Part shown: positions 38,904-51,326 of the stretch, piece by piece
Layout of the letters: every line of letters begins with the position of its first letter
Numbering within the stretch: position 1 is the stretch's first letter
Assembly: GCA_951406725.2 (NCBI GenBank)
Contig: OX597833.1
Span: 42,470,001-42,534,000, forward strand
Direction: 5' to 3'
DNA length: 64,000 bases
From: Octopus vulgaris
Taxonomy: Eukaryota
Notes under the pieces: model-generated
The model's database searches: none
The model's input: only the letters and a program-made list of their open reading frames with translations
What the model was told of the DNA's origin: nothing
Made by a program: the position numbers and the translations under genes

Positions 38904-39290
38904 TGGAGGCGCAATGGCCCAATGGTTAGGGCAGCGGACTCGCGGTCGGAGGATCGCGGTTTCGATTCCCAGACCGGGCGTTGTGTGTGTTTATTGAGCG
39001 AAAACACCTAAAGCTCCAAGAGGCTCCGGCAGGGGGTGGTGGCAACCCCTGTTGTACTCTTTCGCTCCAACTTTCTCTCACTCTTTCTTCCTGTTTCTTG
39101 TCTCCGACTTCCCACGCAACCGCTGAGCCTGGATGCGCATTCATCCATCCGTCGATGCTCTCGGTGTCGGGGGTTGACCTGCTTTCTCTTCTGCGGGTCT
39201 TACGAATAGCAAAGGACCACGTTTCGGACTTCTCCCATCTTGCGAGCTCTGGGACGAAGACCGTTCGCTCAACAGAAACAGCAGCAACAG
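38904..39290 (+). mobile_element. SINE family C, tail type 3
   Basis: Same head; a different tail ending in CAG/CAA repeats. Confidence 0.85.
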
Positions 39291-40140
39291 TATCTCAAAT
39301 GCAAAACCAGTATTTCATTGTGGTTCTCGCCGAACTTTGTAAAAGGTTAGTAATTGTGGTAGTTAATGTATTTTCTGCTACCAAAGAGAAAGGCCAGCTT
39401 TTACAAGCAGTCTTTGTTATGTTGAGGATGTGAGATCATTAGAGACCGAGAGTGAGGTGACGCCTAGCATTGGCAGTGACTTTAAGAGTTCTAGTTGCAT
39501 GTTCTTAATGTTTAGAAGAATCAGGCATTAAAATATTGTTTTCGTAAGTAGAAAATGAAAACGGAAATGAAGAAAGCTTCGAACAATGCAGAAAGTTTTA
39601 CAAAAACTCTTTATATTTCGGGCACAAAAACCTATCTTCACGAGGAAGTTGTCTAAGAAATATCTAGTTACATTCTTTTTCTACTTTTGTAGAACAATAC
39701 TCCAAGCGAACTACAATGCTCTTATTGTTTTCATAGTATGTGTAGTCATTGTGTCCTTGTGTTGTTGAAGGAGACTAGATTAGAGAATGCTCTCATGGTA
39801 TCTGATTATGAATTTGTTTTGACGCTTGGGTATGGAATCAGTATTTGTCTTGACGCTTGGGTATGGAAGTTTAGTGAGCAGTGAATGGTAGTACTGTCTA
39901 TGTGGGCGGTGTTGGAGGTGGCTGCAAGTAGGTCGTTGATAAATAAGAAGTGGACTGTACAATTAGTTAAGTCCAGATTATCTCTGATCGAGCAAATCGG
40001 TTATCAAAAATATTCCGGCCTTGATCAACCGGCCTATTTAAGAATATATGGAATTACATTATAAGGGGTTAGAGTGTGATTTTTGGGAAATTTAGTTTCT
40101 ATCTCTTATAAATCAAGTGATTCCGCAGAAACTCGCTCTT

Positions 40141-40558
40141 CGGCTGCGCGCTGGCAGAAACGTTAGCACGCCGGGCGAAATACTTAGCGGTATTTCGTCT
40201 GCCGCGACGTTCTGAGTTCAAATTCCGCCGAGGTCGACTTTGCTTTTCATCCTTTCGAGGTCGATTAAATAAGTACCAGTTACGCACTGCGGTCGATATA
40301 ATCGACTTAATCCGTTTGTCTGTCCTTGTTTGTTCTCTCTGCGTTTAGCCCCTTGTGGGTAGTAAAGAAATAGGTATTTCGTCTGCCGCTACGTTCTGAG
40401 TTCAAATTCCGCCGAGGTCGACTTTGCCTTTCATCCTTTCGGGGTCGATAAATTAAGTGCCAGTTACGTACTGGAGTCGATGTAATCGACTTAATCCTTT
40501 TGTCTGTCCTTGTTTGTCCCCTCTATGTTTAACCCCTTGTGGGCAATAAAGAAATAAG
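40141..40558 (+). mobile_element. SINE family B dimer
   Basis: Two tandem units; flanked by agaaactcgctc at about 40127 and 40557, a likely TSD. Confidence 0.88.
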
Positions 40559-40700
40559 AAACTCGCTCGTCGGTTAGTGTGTTGAATAATTTATAAAACA
40601 AAATGAAATAAAGCAAATTCACGCGATCTTTTCAGTTTGGCTGCCAATTTTCAAAAATTCTGAGTTATTGAAAGTTTAAAAATTTGATACAATAATGTAG

Positions 40701-41123
40701 GGATCTTTTAGGTTTGAATGGTAGTTTTTAACATAATTTCTAGGTAACTAAAAAATTTTAAACTTCGTATACTGGTAGAATGTGTTTATATAACATCTTT
40801 TTCTCTTGGCTTTATTGAGAAAATTCTATAGTTTGTAAGATATTTGTTGTTGTTTTTCTTCAATTTCTGCAAGTTCAACCAATCAATGACCGTCTATTGA
40901 GGTGAAAACATTCTGTGCCGTATGAATATGTCCCTCGTTTAAGAAACAGATTGGTTTTATTTACATTTCTGAAGAAAAAAAAGATACCCTTCCCTCACCC
41001 CTAACCCTAACCCTAACCCTAAATTAGATTGAAATGCAATAGATCGATACTAGGGTCATAATTATGGGTGACAATTTCATATGACACCGCTAGAAAAAAC
41101 CGCCGTTCAAACCGAAAAGTTCC
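40701..41123. mobile_element. MITE with about 30-bp TIRs (GGATCTTTT.GGTTTGAA.GG) and internal (CCCTAA)4
   Basis: TIRs at both ends; second copy in opposite orientation at 49633-50042. Confidence 0.88.
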
Positions 41124-41339
41124 TTATGGGATTAGTTTTCCAAGATGAATCTCAGAGGTTTAAAGTTTGTTGGAAGCTGTCATTTTGTACGTGACAGCAT
41201 GAGTTGTCAACTGAAAACAAATGAAAATATATAATTCTGAAATATTAAAAATAGAGTATTTTTTCCAATCACCGGTGTGGCTTACAATTTATGGTAAGTT
41301 ATAACGAGGCCAGTGGGGAAAATAAGTTGGAAAACACTG

Positions 41340-41518
41340 GAATAGACTATGCCAACTGAGTTATTTCCCTTCAGTGATTTATTTAATAATAAACAACGTT
41401 CCTCATCGGAAACTAACAATTATTCTTCACCGGCAACTACAGTTATCTCCCTTGTGTATGTCATCCCTGATCTCGTCAAATGTTATCCATCTCTAAGTAG
41501 GAAAACAGCAACGTAAGT
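41340..41518 (+). promoter_or_regulatory. Candidate promoter and non-coding first exon of MRPL37
   Basis: Non-repeat island with two AGTTAT(T/C)TCCCTT motifs (41359-41371, 41441-41453) and a GTAAGT donor at 41513 followed by T-rich sequence. The ATG exon has an acceptor, so an upstream exon is implied. Confidence 0.4.
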
Positions 41519-41813
41519 CTTACTGTTGTGTTTGTATTGTTTATTATTTTTATTAATTGTTCTTATAATAACTGTTATTTTATGTCTCTTTATCTCATTG
41601 TCTTTCGTTTAGTGATTTTATTTTCATGCATTTCTACCTCTTCACGTGTCTTTTTCTATAACCTTGACTAAAATCACGCACTTGGGTTCTGCTGTAGTTT
41701 TGTTCTAATCAGACACCGGTGTCTTATTACTTACTACACAAGTTTTGTTTCAACAAAACATCCGATATTACTAAGAATTTAGTTTTAGCAACACTCAGAT
41801 CTTGTTACGTGAA

Positions 41814-42116
41814 GGCGCCCTGCTTACTGGTTAGAGTATTCGACTCACGTTCGATTCCCGGCGATGCGTTGTGTCCTTGAGCAAGACACTTTATTTCACG
41901 TTGCTTCTGTCCATGCAGCTGGCAAAAATTAGTAGTACCAGTAGTTCAAAGGGCCATCTTTGTCACACTCTGTGTCATGCTGAATCTCCCTGAGACCTAA
42001 GTTAAGGGTACACGTGTCTGTGGAGTGCTCAGCCACTTTGCACGCTAATTTCACAAGCAGACTGTCCCGTTGATCGGATTAACTGGCACCCTCGTCGTCG
42101 TAACCGACGGAATGCC
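41814..42116 (+). mobile_element. CORE-like tRNA-derived SINE, with a MITE inserted at its 3' end
   Basis: gttgtgtccttgagcaagacacttt core; tail shared with 5330-5510. Confidence 0.8.
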
Positions 42117-42370
42117 GGTACTATTTAAGAAAAGTGGTCCCAGTGCGCGCACTCGCGCATCCACGCTAGCTAGTCGTGACTAGTCGATCCCTACTTTGTG
42201 TTTTATTTACTTTGTTTAAAAAAATTATTTACTTTGTGTAAAACAATTATTTATTTTGTGTTTTAAAATAAAACACATTGCTAGGTAGTCGTTGTAGAAT
42301 CGACTAGTCACGACTAACTAGCGCGGATGCGCAAGTGCGCGTACCGGGACCACTGTTCTTAAATAGTACC
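42117..42370. mobile_element. Merlin-type MITE with about 77-bp TIRs and a 9-bp TSD
   Basis: GGTACTATTTAAGAA...TTCTTAAATAGTACC; CGGAATGCC at 42108-42116 and 42371-42379. Confidence 0.9.
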
Positions 42371-42557
42371 CGGAATGCCGAAAGATCTTATTTCACAGAT
42401 TTCCTTTCCTGAGTTTTCAAAATTTAGAATTTATATCTTAATCTATTTTTTGAAAATATCAGTTTCTTCGTCTTGGTCATTATCAGTTTTTAATAACTTT
42501 ACCCTTTTTTGTAATCTTATAGTATGGGGGATTTAAAAAAAAGTAAATAAAAATTAA

Positions 42558-43190
42558 ATGGGAAGTAATTTTTGCCGTGATGTCTGTGACGTTTGGCTAC
42601 AACAAAACCCAATGGAAATCTGCGGTGTTGATGGTAATGGGCGACCACTAGTTGTGGAAATTGATGGAAGTAGGTTTCTTCATCGAAAATATCATCGCTG
42701 TGCGTGGCACCCTGGTCATTGGCTTTTCAGTGGCATCGAAAGAATTAAAAAAAAAGTGCATCCTAGTTGAAGTAGCTGACCGTACTTAGCAGACCTTATC
42801 TGCCGTGATTGAACGAACGTTGGATTCTTCCAGGGTGTCACATAGTGAATGATGGCTGGTGATCCTATAACAACAGTGAAAGCCTAAATGGTGGTGTGTA
42901 CACTCACGAAGTGATTGTGCAACAAGAGAACTTTGTTGATCCTGCAAATAAGGACGTTAATACACAAAATGTGAAAAACGTGGAATCGTGTTAAAAGAGA
43001 ATTACGACGTTTATTTGGGGTTAATATAAAGATCTTTGCCCGTTAACAAAAAGAATATATTAACCCTATTTGGAACGTCAGATGATTTGCTCGCGTCATA
43101 TTTACACGAATTTATATGGAGGAATTCTGTACCGAAGAGAAAAACATTTATTCACTTTTTAGTTACTATATCCAGTGTCTTAAGTTGTTT
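42558..43190 (+). pseudogene. Merlin (IS1595/IS1016-like DDE) transposase pseudogene
   Basis: VVEIDGSRF.HRKYHR....GHWLFSGIER, VEVADRT*QTL, WILPG.HIVNDGW*SY, NFVDP....NTQNV and SYLHEFIWRN, with stops and frameshifts. Confidence 0.88.
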
Positions 43191-43604
43191 GACAAAAAGT
43201 TTACTTATTTATCTCCCCTTGTTATTTCTCCTTTAATTTATTTTTTTAAATTTAATTCTCCTATACTAAAGGATTACCCTTCGTTGTTCGTTCAATCCCA
43301 GATAAGTTTCCATTTTCAAATGATATTTGTCTCTCAATAACTGTGCCCCGCATACGCTATTTCAGTGTTGCTGTGTAGTCTCTTGCGGGTACTGATGAAG
43401 TAAAAACCTCCGCAGACGCGGCTGTGTAGTATGAAGCTTGCTCCCCAACAATATGGTTCCGGATTCAGTCCCATTGCGCGGCACCTTGGGCAAGTGTCCT
43501 CTGCTATAGCCTCGGACCGACCAAAGTCTTGAATTGATTTGCTTGACGGAAACTGAAAGAAGCTCGTCGTATATGTATATATTTATGTGTGACTGTTTGC
43601 CCCT

Positions 43605-43826
43605 ATCCCCGTTTGGGGTTTTGGATAGAAAATTCACAAAACCGTCACTTCTATTGATTTTTTAATGGCTTTGCGGGGTGACTGGGGAAATGTAAAGATG
43701 TGCACGACCACCCTCAGACGGTTTTGAATGACCATAGAAAGTGCGAGCCCTCTAACTGAAAAACTGTGGATTTGTATAAAGGACACACACACAGACAGAC
43801 ATTTTGCCGTTTATATATAGAGAGAT
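43605..43826 (-). mobile_element. Possible Helitron/Helentron-type non-autonomous fragment
   Basis: Minus strand begins atctctctatatataaa then (TGTC)/(TG) repeats; a similar architecture occurs at 10285-10378. Confidence 0.45.
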
Positions 43827-44359
43827 GTGTATGTATGTATCTGTTTGTTTGTATCTCTCTCTCTTCGTAATTTGTAATACTGATTGTTTTTGTGCTTGTA
43901 AGTTACTGGTTCAACAAAATTGTGAACAATAGAATAAGTACTAAACTTAAATAAGTACTAAGGGTGAATTTGATTGACTTTTTTTAGAATTCTCTTTTTA
44001 ATGAAATCATTTCTAGACCAGGTGGTGTGTTGTGTTCTTGGGCAAAACACTTCATCCTATGTTGCTCTGCAATCACTTTGACACCTGGTGTGTGGTACAC
44101 CGTGCACCTGTTCAGGTAATGTCGATTTGATGGAAGGAGGGAGCTAATATACCGCACATACATTTGATCACTATTAACAAATCATTTGTACAAGCCGTTC
44201 AGCAAAAGCTGAACACTATTACATCATCTTCGATGGGAGAGTCCATCACATATATGTAAGTCTTTGCTTAAAGCACAACATTCTCTGTTCCATCCTAGAT
44301 TAATCCCTGCATTTAAATCAATATACTATTTACGTCTTTATCTTTCAGATATCATCACA

Positions 44360-44480
44360 ATGAGGATAACAGTTGTTGTATGTGCTCTACATCGTGGGCC
44401 ATTGATCAAGAGACTCTGGAAAACTCGTGGCAGATTTGTGGAACCACAGAGAGTCATACCAAAACCGTTATTAAAATCTA
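44360..44480 (+). CDS. MRPL37: Mitochondrial ribosomal protein mL37, coding exon 1 of 8 (basic, presequence-like)
   Basis: tctttcag acceptor at 44347-44348, ATG at 44360; MRITVVVCALHRGPLIKRLWKTRGRFVEPQRVIPKPLLKS is Arg/Lys-rich and acid-poor; GTAAG donor at 44481, phase 1 fits the next exon. Confidence 0.8.
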
Positions 44481-46597
44481 GTAAGGCATGAATTTCTTGT
44501 TGTTTAACCCTAGGTTGATCCTGATTGAGCTGATCTATGATGAAAGGCATAACAACTGTGACCATCTTTTCTTCTACTCCATCTCTCCTCACACTCTTAT
44601 GAAATGTACCCCTCTGTCCTCTGTTGCCCACTCACCCAATCCAATACACTGTACCACTTCCCTTATATTCACCCCCTGCTCCGTACTTTGAGATTATATT
44701 CTGACACATCTCCCATCATACTTTCTCTGTCTCTCTCTCTTTTCCAACTAGGGTAGCCATGTTTCTTTTCTATAGCGAGACATCTATCTCTAACCTTGTA
44801 TTATACTTTTTAACCTCTCATCAACTGGCACAAAACCACCTCCCTCAATACCATTCCCCCTCTTTGTTCACTGGTCTTTATCTTGCAAGTTACTTGGTGA
44901 CGTTGCCAGTGCTGGTGCCAGTTAAAAGTTACCCTGTGCACTCTGTAAAGTGGCCGGAGTTAGGAAGGACATTCAGCTATAGAGACCATGCCAAAACATT
45001 CAGTAGAGATTGGTATAGTCCTCTGGCTTGTCAACTCCTGTCAAACTGTCCAACTCATGCCGTCATGGAAAACAAACATTAAATAATGATGATGATGAGT
45101 GTTCTTTCAATTACATTATTCAATGTGTATATTTTTTAAAGACAGCTGAGCATAGTTTGAGAGCAATTTCACTGTCTTTTCTAGAACATTGACTAACCAT
45201 ATAGACATTCATTGGCTGAGATTTATTGTTGCTGTCTGATTACCAAAAAATTAGGTTATCTGTATTGACAGGTGAAATCAGTTTGTTTGAAAACTTCAAA
45301 CAAAACCTTGTTAGCATGTGAATCTATGAGACACTGCTAAGTTAACGAACCAAAGCTACTTTCTCTAAACCAAACCATTAAAACATACTTTTGTTAGATC
45401 TGCAATGCTGCATAATAGTAAGGTGTGGGCCTTGAATGTAGATGATTTGGGAATATTTGAAAGAAATGAAGCCAGTATGTTTTGAAAGGCATATAATGTT
45501 AATGTGCATGAATGCCAGAGTACATATGAATTGAGTGAAAAGTTGGATGTAAGAGGAATTAGGATTAGAGATGAGAGCAGGCTGCACTGCTACGGGAACG
45601 TGCTGCATAAGGAAGTGCCATACACTCCAAGTTAGTGAAACCTGTGGAAGAGGGAGACCAAGGAGGATTTGCAGCAAAATGGTGAAGGCTGACCTGAAGA
45701 TGTTGCATCTCATGGAGGAGATGACAAAGGACCGTACTGATTGGTGGTATGTGGTACTGCAGAAGATCCAATGAGTAGGTATAGATTTCCAAAGTAACAT
45801 GTGGTAAGATGCATGCTTCCCAATCACATGGTTCTGGTTTCAGTCCGACTGCACGGCACCTTGAGCAAATGCCTTCTACTATAGTATTGGGCCTTGTGAG
45901 TGGATTTGGTAGATGGAAACTGAAAGAAACCCATTATATATATATACATACACACACACACACATATTGTTCGTGTGTATCTTTGTGTCAGTGTTTGTCC
46001 CTCACCATCACTTGACAACCAGTGTTGGTGTGTTTATGTCCTTGTAAATTAGCAATTTGAGAAAAGCAATCAGTGTCCTCCATGGAAAAATGTACCTCAG
46101 CACAAGGATAGTGCTTAGAATATATATTTCTTGTTTCTTATGAAGCCTGCCTTTAGTGTGCCTTCACCTTGCACCCTCACCCTGTCTCATCTACCTATTA
46201 CTCACTCCCTCTCCAATCTCCTGTCTCCTCATCACTCATAATCTACCATCATGTGTGCTGACCACACTGCCCATTTCACTTTACTCTGACCCTCATCCTT
46301 CACAAGGCCCACATACAAGAAACTGCATTGGATCAACCTCATCCTCTCTACTCAACACATTAACTTTATACTACTGTACTCCCAGTCAGCACTCTCTCCC
46401 CTGGGCCACTTCTTTTATCACTTAATATTTTCTCTTGCTGTTATCTAATCACCTATCCTTACCTTTGTATTCACTTCTACTATTGCCAACCACACCTCTT
46501 CTCACTCCCTCCCCCAATACCCTTTTCTTTTTTTCCATCATACTCTTAATCCTTCCATTCTCCCACCAATTCTGGTCCTTCTGATGTCTTGCTATTA

Positions 46598-46628
<31 letters not shown>

Positions 46629-47735
46629 TCTTCTCAGTCACCTAAACAAATTTATATTCCAAAGATTATTGTTTATTCTCTACACTCCTATCCCCATCCT
46701 CAACTATTCATTTCTAGTTTCTTTGCTGTTACTTTTCCCTCTCCTATTCCCCTCTGTGGTCTGTGAGTACTTTCTACAGTTATTGCATATATCATACCCC
46801 ATCTCCTTTGCTGGCAATATGGAAAAACATGCTGCATTCTTTTTACAGGTGAATGGTGAGTGAGGCTACCTCCCTAGTGGTAGTGCCACACAAATATCCC
46901 TTGGTAGCAGCAGCCATGGCAAGTGTGCCTTCATAATTTGGTATAGAAGGCGGTGAGCTAGCAGAAACGTTAGCACGCTGGGCGAAATGCTTAGTGGTAT
47001 TTCGTCTGCCGTTACGTTCTGAGTTTAAATTCCGCCAAGGTCGACTTTGCCTTTCATCCTTTTGGGGTCGATAAGTTAAGTACCAGGTATGCCCTGGGGT
47101 CGATGTAATCAACCTAATGTCTTTGTATGTCCCCTCTATGTTTAGCATCTTGTGGGCAATAAAGAAATAATAATTTTGTATAGACTTGATCATCATCATC
47201 ATCATCATTTAATGTCTGTATTCCATGCTAACATGGGTTGGACGGTTTGACTGGAGCTGGTAAAGCCAAGGGTACACAAGCCTCCATTGTTCTGGCATGG
47301 TTTTTATGGTGGGATGCCCTTCCTAACACCATTCACTACACAGAGTATACTGGGTGCTTTTTATGTGGCACCAACACTTCTACACAATAAAGCCTTTGTT
47401 CTCTCTAACACACAGTTTCACTATCCTGCAGTCTTCATGCCTATCTCTCTCTCTCTGATCCTCACTTTACAGAACATGTGCAAATCTCTTCCTCTCTGCT
47501 TCTTTCTTAGCCAAGTATGTTTTACACATAGCTGCCCTTGTAGCAACTTGACAATGTTCTCTATTACCATTTTCCTCAGACTTTCTGAGCCTGTCTCCTA
47601 GCTTTTACAGCTCAGTTTTTTGTCATTTCACTACTACAACATACACTTGTTTGTGTGTTAATTTTGAATCCATGTATATATATGTGGACACCTGTGATTA
47701 TTATACTACACATATCACTCTCTATCTATCAACAG

Positions 47736-47897
47736 ATGTAGAGATCATAGACCCATGTGCGAAGCCAAAGTTACCTCCATGGGAACCTCCTGTGAAAGAT
47801 GACATCAGATGGTGGAAGCCACCTCCTCTGGAAGAGCAGGACAACTATCATAAAGACCCCATGTACTTGTACTTTCAGAAATGTCGGCTTCTGGAAG
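47736..47897 (+). CDS. MRPL37: mL37 coding exon 2 of 8
   Basis: aacag acceptor; (N)VEIIDPCAKPKLPPWEPP...YHKDPMYLYFQKCRLLE; GT donor at 47898, phase 1. Confidence 0.9.
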
Positions 47898-48124
47898 GTA
47901 TCATCCTTTTTTTTTTTTGGTGGGAGTTTGTTTATTGATTCACAACTGTGTTTAGGGTTTTGTGGTGGATGTTTGTAACACCAGGTTAACCCTGGTCTAG
48001 CAGACTTATGATCAAAGATATTTTAATCATCATCCTTTCCTTTATATAGACATTGTGTGTTTAAGACTACAGTAATGTCTTCTTCCTTTTTAAAGAGGAA
48101 TGTTGATATAATAGATTACTGGTT

Positions 48125-48290
48125 AGGCGTAGGAGTGGCTGTGTGGTAAGAAGCTTGCTTACAAACCACATGGTTCCTGGTTCAGTCCCACTGCATGGCA
48201 CCTTGGGCAAGTGTCATCTACTATAGCCTCGGGCTGACCAAAGCCTTGTGAGTGGATTTGGTAGACGGAAACTGAAAGAAGCCCGTCGTA

Positions 48291-48341
<51 letters not shown>

Positions 48342-48565
48342 GTATGTGTATATGTTTGTGTGTCTGTGTTTGTCCCCCAACATCGCTTGACAACCGATGC
48401 TGGTGTGTTTACGTCCCCCGTAACTTAGCGGTTCGGCAAAAGAGACCGATAGAATAAGTACTAGGCTTACAACGAATAAGTCCTGGGATCGATTTGCTCG
48501 ACTAAAAGGTGGTGCTCCAGCATGGCCACAGTCAAATGACTGAAACAAGTAAAAGAGTAAAGAGT
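48125..48565 (+). mobile_element. Full-length SINE family A in an MRPL37 intron
   Basis: Complete head, body and gtaaaagag tail. Confidence 0.9.
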
Positions 48566-48748
48566 AAGTACTGGGACTGGTTCAAATCAACTGTATCTTC
48601 CATCATCATTGGTAGCCTTTTTTTTTTAAGGCATTATTGTTTAGCCTCGAGTTGTTTCTTATTAAGTAGGCCTATGTGAATGGATTTAAACCATTATCTT
48701 ACAATATCTTAATTAACGCTAATTTAAATTATATACTTATCCTGACAG

Positions 48749-48846
48749 GTTTGAAGCAAGCACGGATTCTTACCAAGTGTGCACAATTCCCAGGATTTCC
48801 TCCTGATTTGAAAGAGAAAATTGGTAAAGTAACAATTCCAAATCAG
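48749..48846 (+). CDS. MRPL37: mL37 coding exon 3 of 8
   Basis: (G)LKQARILTKCAQFPGFPPDLKEKIGKVTIPNQ matches the mL37 EG.KQA..LTK....G.P motif; GTAATT donor, phase 0. Confidence 0.93.
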
Positions 48847-49632
48847 GTAATTATTATTATTATTATTATTCATTTTATTATTATTATTATTATTACAATT
48901 ATTAAGAAGGTGGTGAGTTGGCAGAATCGTTAGCACACCAGGCAAAATCCGTAGTGGCATTTCATCAGTCTTTACATTTTGAGTTCAAATTCTGCCGAGG
49001 TTGACTTTGCCTTTCATCCTTTTGAGATTGTTAATATAAGTACCAGTTGAGTACTGGAGTCGATATAATCAACTAGCCACCTCCAGCAAAAGGTCTACTA
49101 TAGGCCTTGTGCCTATAGCCTATAGTAGAAAGGATTATTATTATTATTAAAATTTTAAAAAACATTAGTACATTAGCACAATTGGTAGAGTGTACTACTA
49201 CTACTACTACCATCACTTCTTTTCCTTTCCTCCTCCTCCTCTTCCTTCTACTGCTGCTGCTGCTACTACTACTACTACTACTTTAACAACAAATGGAAAT
49301 GGTAGAGTGCCAGAGAAAATACTTTATGGAATGTAATTACATTCCTTTACATTCTCAGCTTAATGCTCTTGGGCTAAGTTTTATTTTTCATTTTTCAAGA
49401 TTAATAAAATTAGTACCAGGTCAGTATCAGCATTGATTAAATTGACAGTAACCCGTTCACCAAAGTTTCTGGGTCTGTGCTAAAGTTAGAAATCATTAAC
49501 ATTTGGACCTAAGAATTAACAGTTTGTTTTGAACAACATGGTTTCAGATTCAATACGACTCTGTGGTGCGTTATCTTTTATCATAACCTCAGACTGACCA
49601 AAATCACATGAGTGGAATGTAGTAGAAAGAAG

Positions 49633-50042
49633 GGATCTTTTTGGTTTGAACGGCAGTTTTTTTTAGCGGTGTCATATGAAATTGTCACCCATAATTATGA
49701 CCCTATTATCGATCTATTGCATTTCAATCTATTTTAGGGTTAGGGGTGGGGGGAAGGCTATCTTTTTTTCTTCACAAATGTAAATAAACCCAATCTGTTT
49801 CTTAAACGAGGGACATATTCATACGGCACAGAATGTTTTTTACCTCAAATTGATGTCATTGATTGGTTGAAATTGCAGAAATTGAAGAAAAAAAACAACA
49901 AATATTTCACAAACTAGAATTTTCTCAATAAAGCCAAGAGGAAAAGATGTTTTATAAACACATTCTACCAGTGTACGAAGTTAAAAATTTTTTAGTTACC
50001 TAGAAATTATGTTAAAGACTGCCGTTCAAACCGAAAAGATCC
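49633..50042. mobile_element. Second copy of the telomere-repeat MITE with a near-perfect 8-bp TSD
   Basis: GAAAGAAG (49625-49632) and AAAAGAAG (50043-50050) flank GGATC...GATCC TIRs. Confidence 0.88.
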
Positions 50043-50759
50043 AAAAGAAGATGTCTTGTAGTCAAGTTTTCTGTAGTAGGAAACACTTGCCCTAGGCGTC
50101 ATACCATAAGACTTAACTTGGAACCATGTAGTTGGAAAGCAAGCTTCTTATCATTCTGCCATGCCAGCATATATAGCAGGAAAAAAATCCCAAATTATGT
50201 TATTATGTTGTTATTTCTTATTTCTTTACTGCCTACAAGGGGCTACTGCCTACAGAGGGGACAAACAAGGACAGGCAAACGGATTAAGTCGATTACATCG
50301 ACCCCAGTGCGTAACTGGCACTTAATTTATCGACCCCGAAAGGATGAAAGGCAAAGTTGACCTCGGTGGAATTTGAACTCAGAACGTAGCGGCAGACGAA
50401 ATACCGCAAAGCATTTTGCCCGGTGTGCTAACGTTTCTGCCAGCTCGCCGCCTTCAACTAATGTTGTCATTTCTGGTCAACATCTCATCCTCTAGCTCTG
50501 TATTTTTCAATGCAAATGGAATGAAAACAACCCTTATTTGAAAACCGTTTAACTTTTTAGCATTTAAACTGGCCATATCTGGCTCAAATATTCCAGCAGT
50601 TTTATTCAAACTGGCAAGATTCAGCATCTTATACCTACCCTGCAATGTCAGTGTAAAACTATACAAACACACCATTGAAATCTTAAAGCTACAAGCTACA
50701 AGATAAATGCATGATTAATTCAAAACAATATGAATAAATAATCATTACATATGACAAAG

Positions 50760-51030
50760 TAATCTGAACACAATCTCAACGCATGGCTTGCCACTTCATC
50801 CTACATGGACATCCCCTCACAACTATGAACAGTGCCCTTGCCAGAGCACGTTCCATGGACCATGCATCTGCTCTCCCAATCCCCCCCCCACACGTCCCGC
50901 TGTCACCCGTCTCCCGTTTTTCTCTCCACCCTACCTCTCCAATGCTCCATTCTCCGAGCCTTCCACCGACTCCAGTCCGACCCCCTCCATTTCGCACATC
51001 TCCAACTGACCTCTACCCTCCTTTGAGAAC
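50760..51030 (+). mobile_element. Decayed Penelope-like RT C-terminal fragment
   Basis: FILHGHPLTTMNSALARARSMDHASAL resembles the F..RGYP...I..AL.RA thumb motif. Confidence 0.5.
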
Positions 51031-51189
51031 CTGTAACCAACTATGCTATTGCTCAAGTAAAAGATAAAAGATATTAGATTGTCTTAGCCTCGGAAAGTAG
51101 AGATAACTGGGTAGAGTTTGGGTTGTTCTGATTTCAATTGTTTGTTTAATATCAATAATACAGCTAATGTCTCTTCTATTTGAACTTAG

Positions 51190-51326
51190 GACCTTCTAGT
51201 ACAACGTAACATAATGTTCTCTCAAGTCTGGCATAGCAACTATAAAAAGCTACCAAAAAGAATTGACAAATCAAAGCCTGGTTTTAAATTCTCACGTGAA
51301 TATGGCATCCCCGGTTTACAGGCCTC
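51190..51326 (+). CDS. MRPL37: mL37 coding exon 4 of 8
   Basis: cttag acceptor; DLLVQRNIMFSQVWHSNYKKLPKRIDKSKPGFKFSREYGIPGLQA; GTAAGT donor, phase 2. Confidence 0.9.

Noticed and set aside
38904-38976. tRNA gene
   Set aside because: It is a tRNA-like SINE head that continues into the SINE body and recurs at about 5640-5711 and 11630-11695.
39693-39768. Possible orphan exon (ttttgtag acceptor, hydrophobic TILQANYNALIVFIVCVVIVSLCC*)
   Set aside because: No partner exons or recognisable homology; T-rich DNA readily yields such peptides.
40999-41022. Telomere or chromosome-fusion site
   Set aside because: Only four units, and they are internal to a TIR-bounded MITE.
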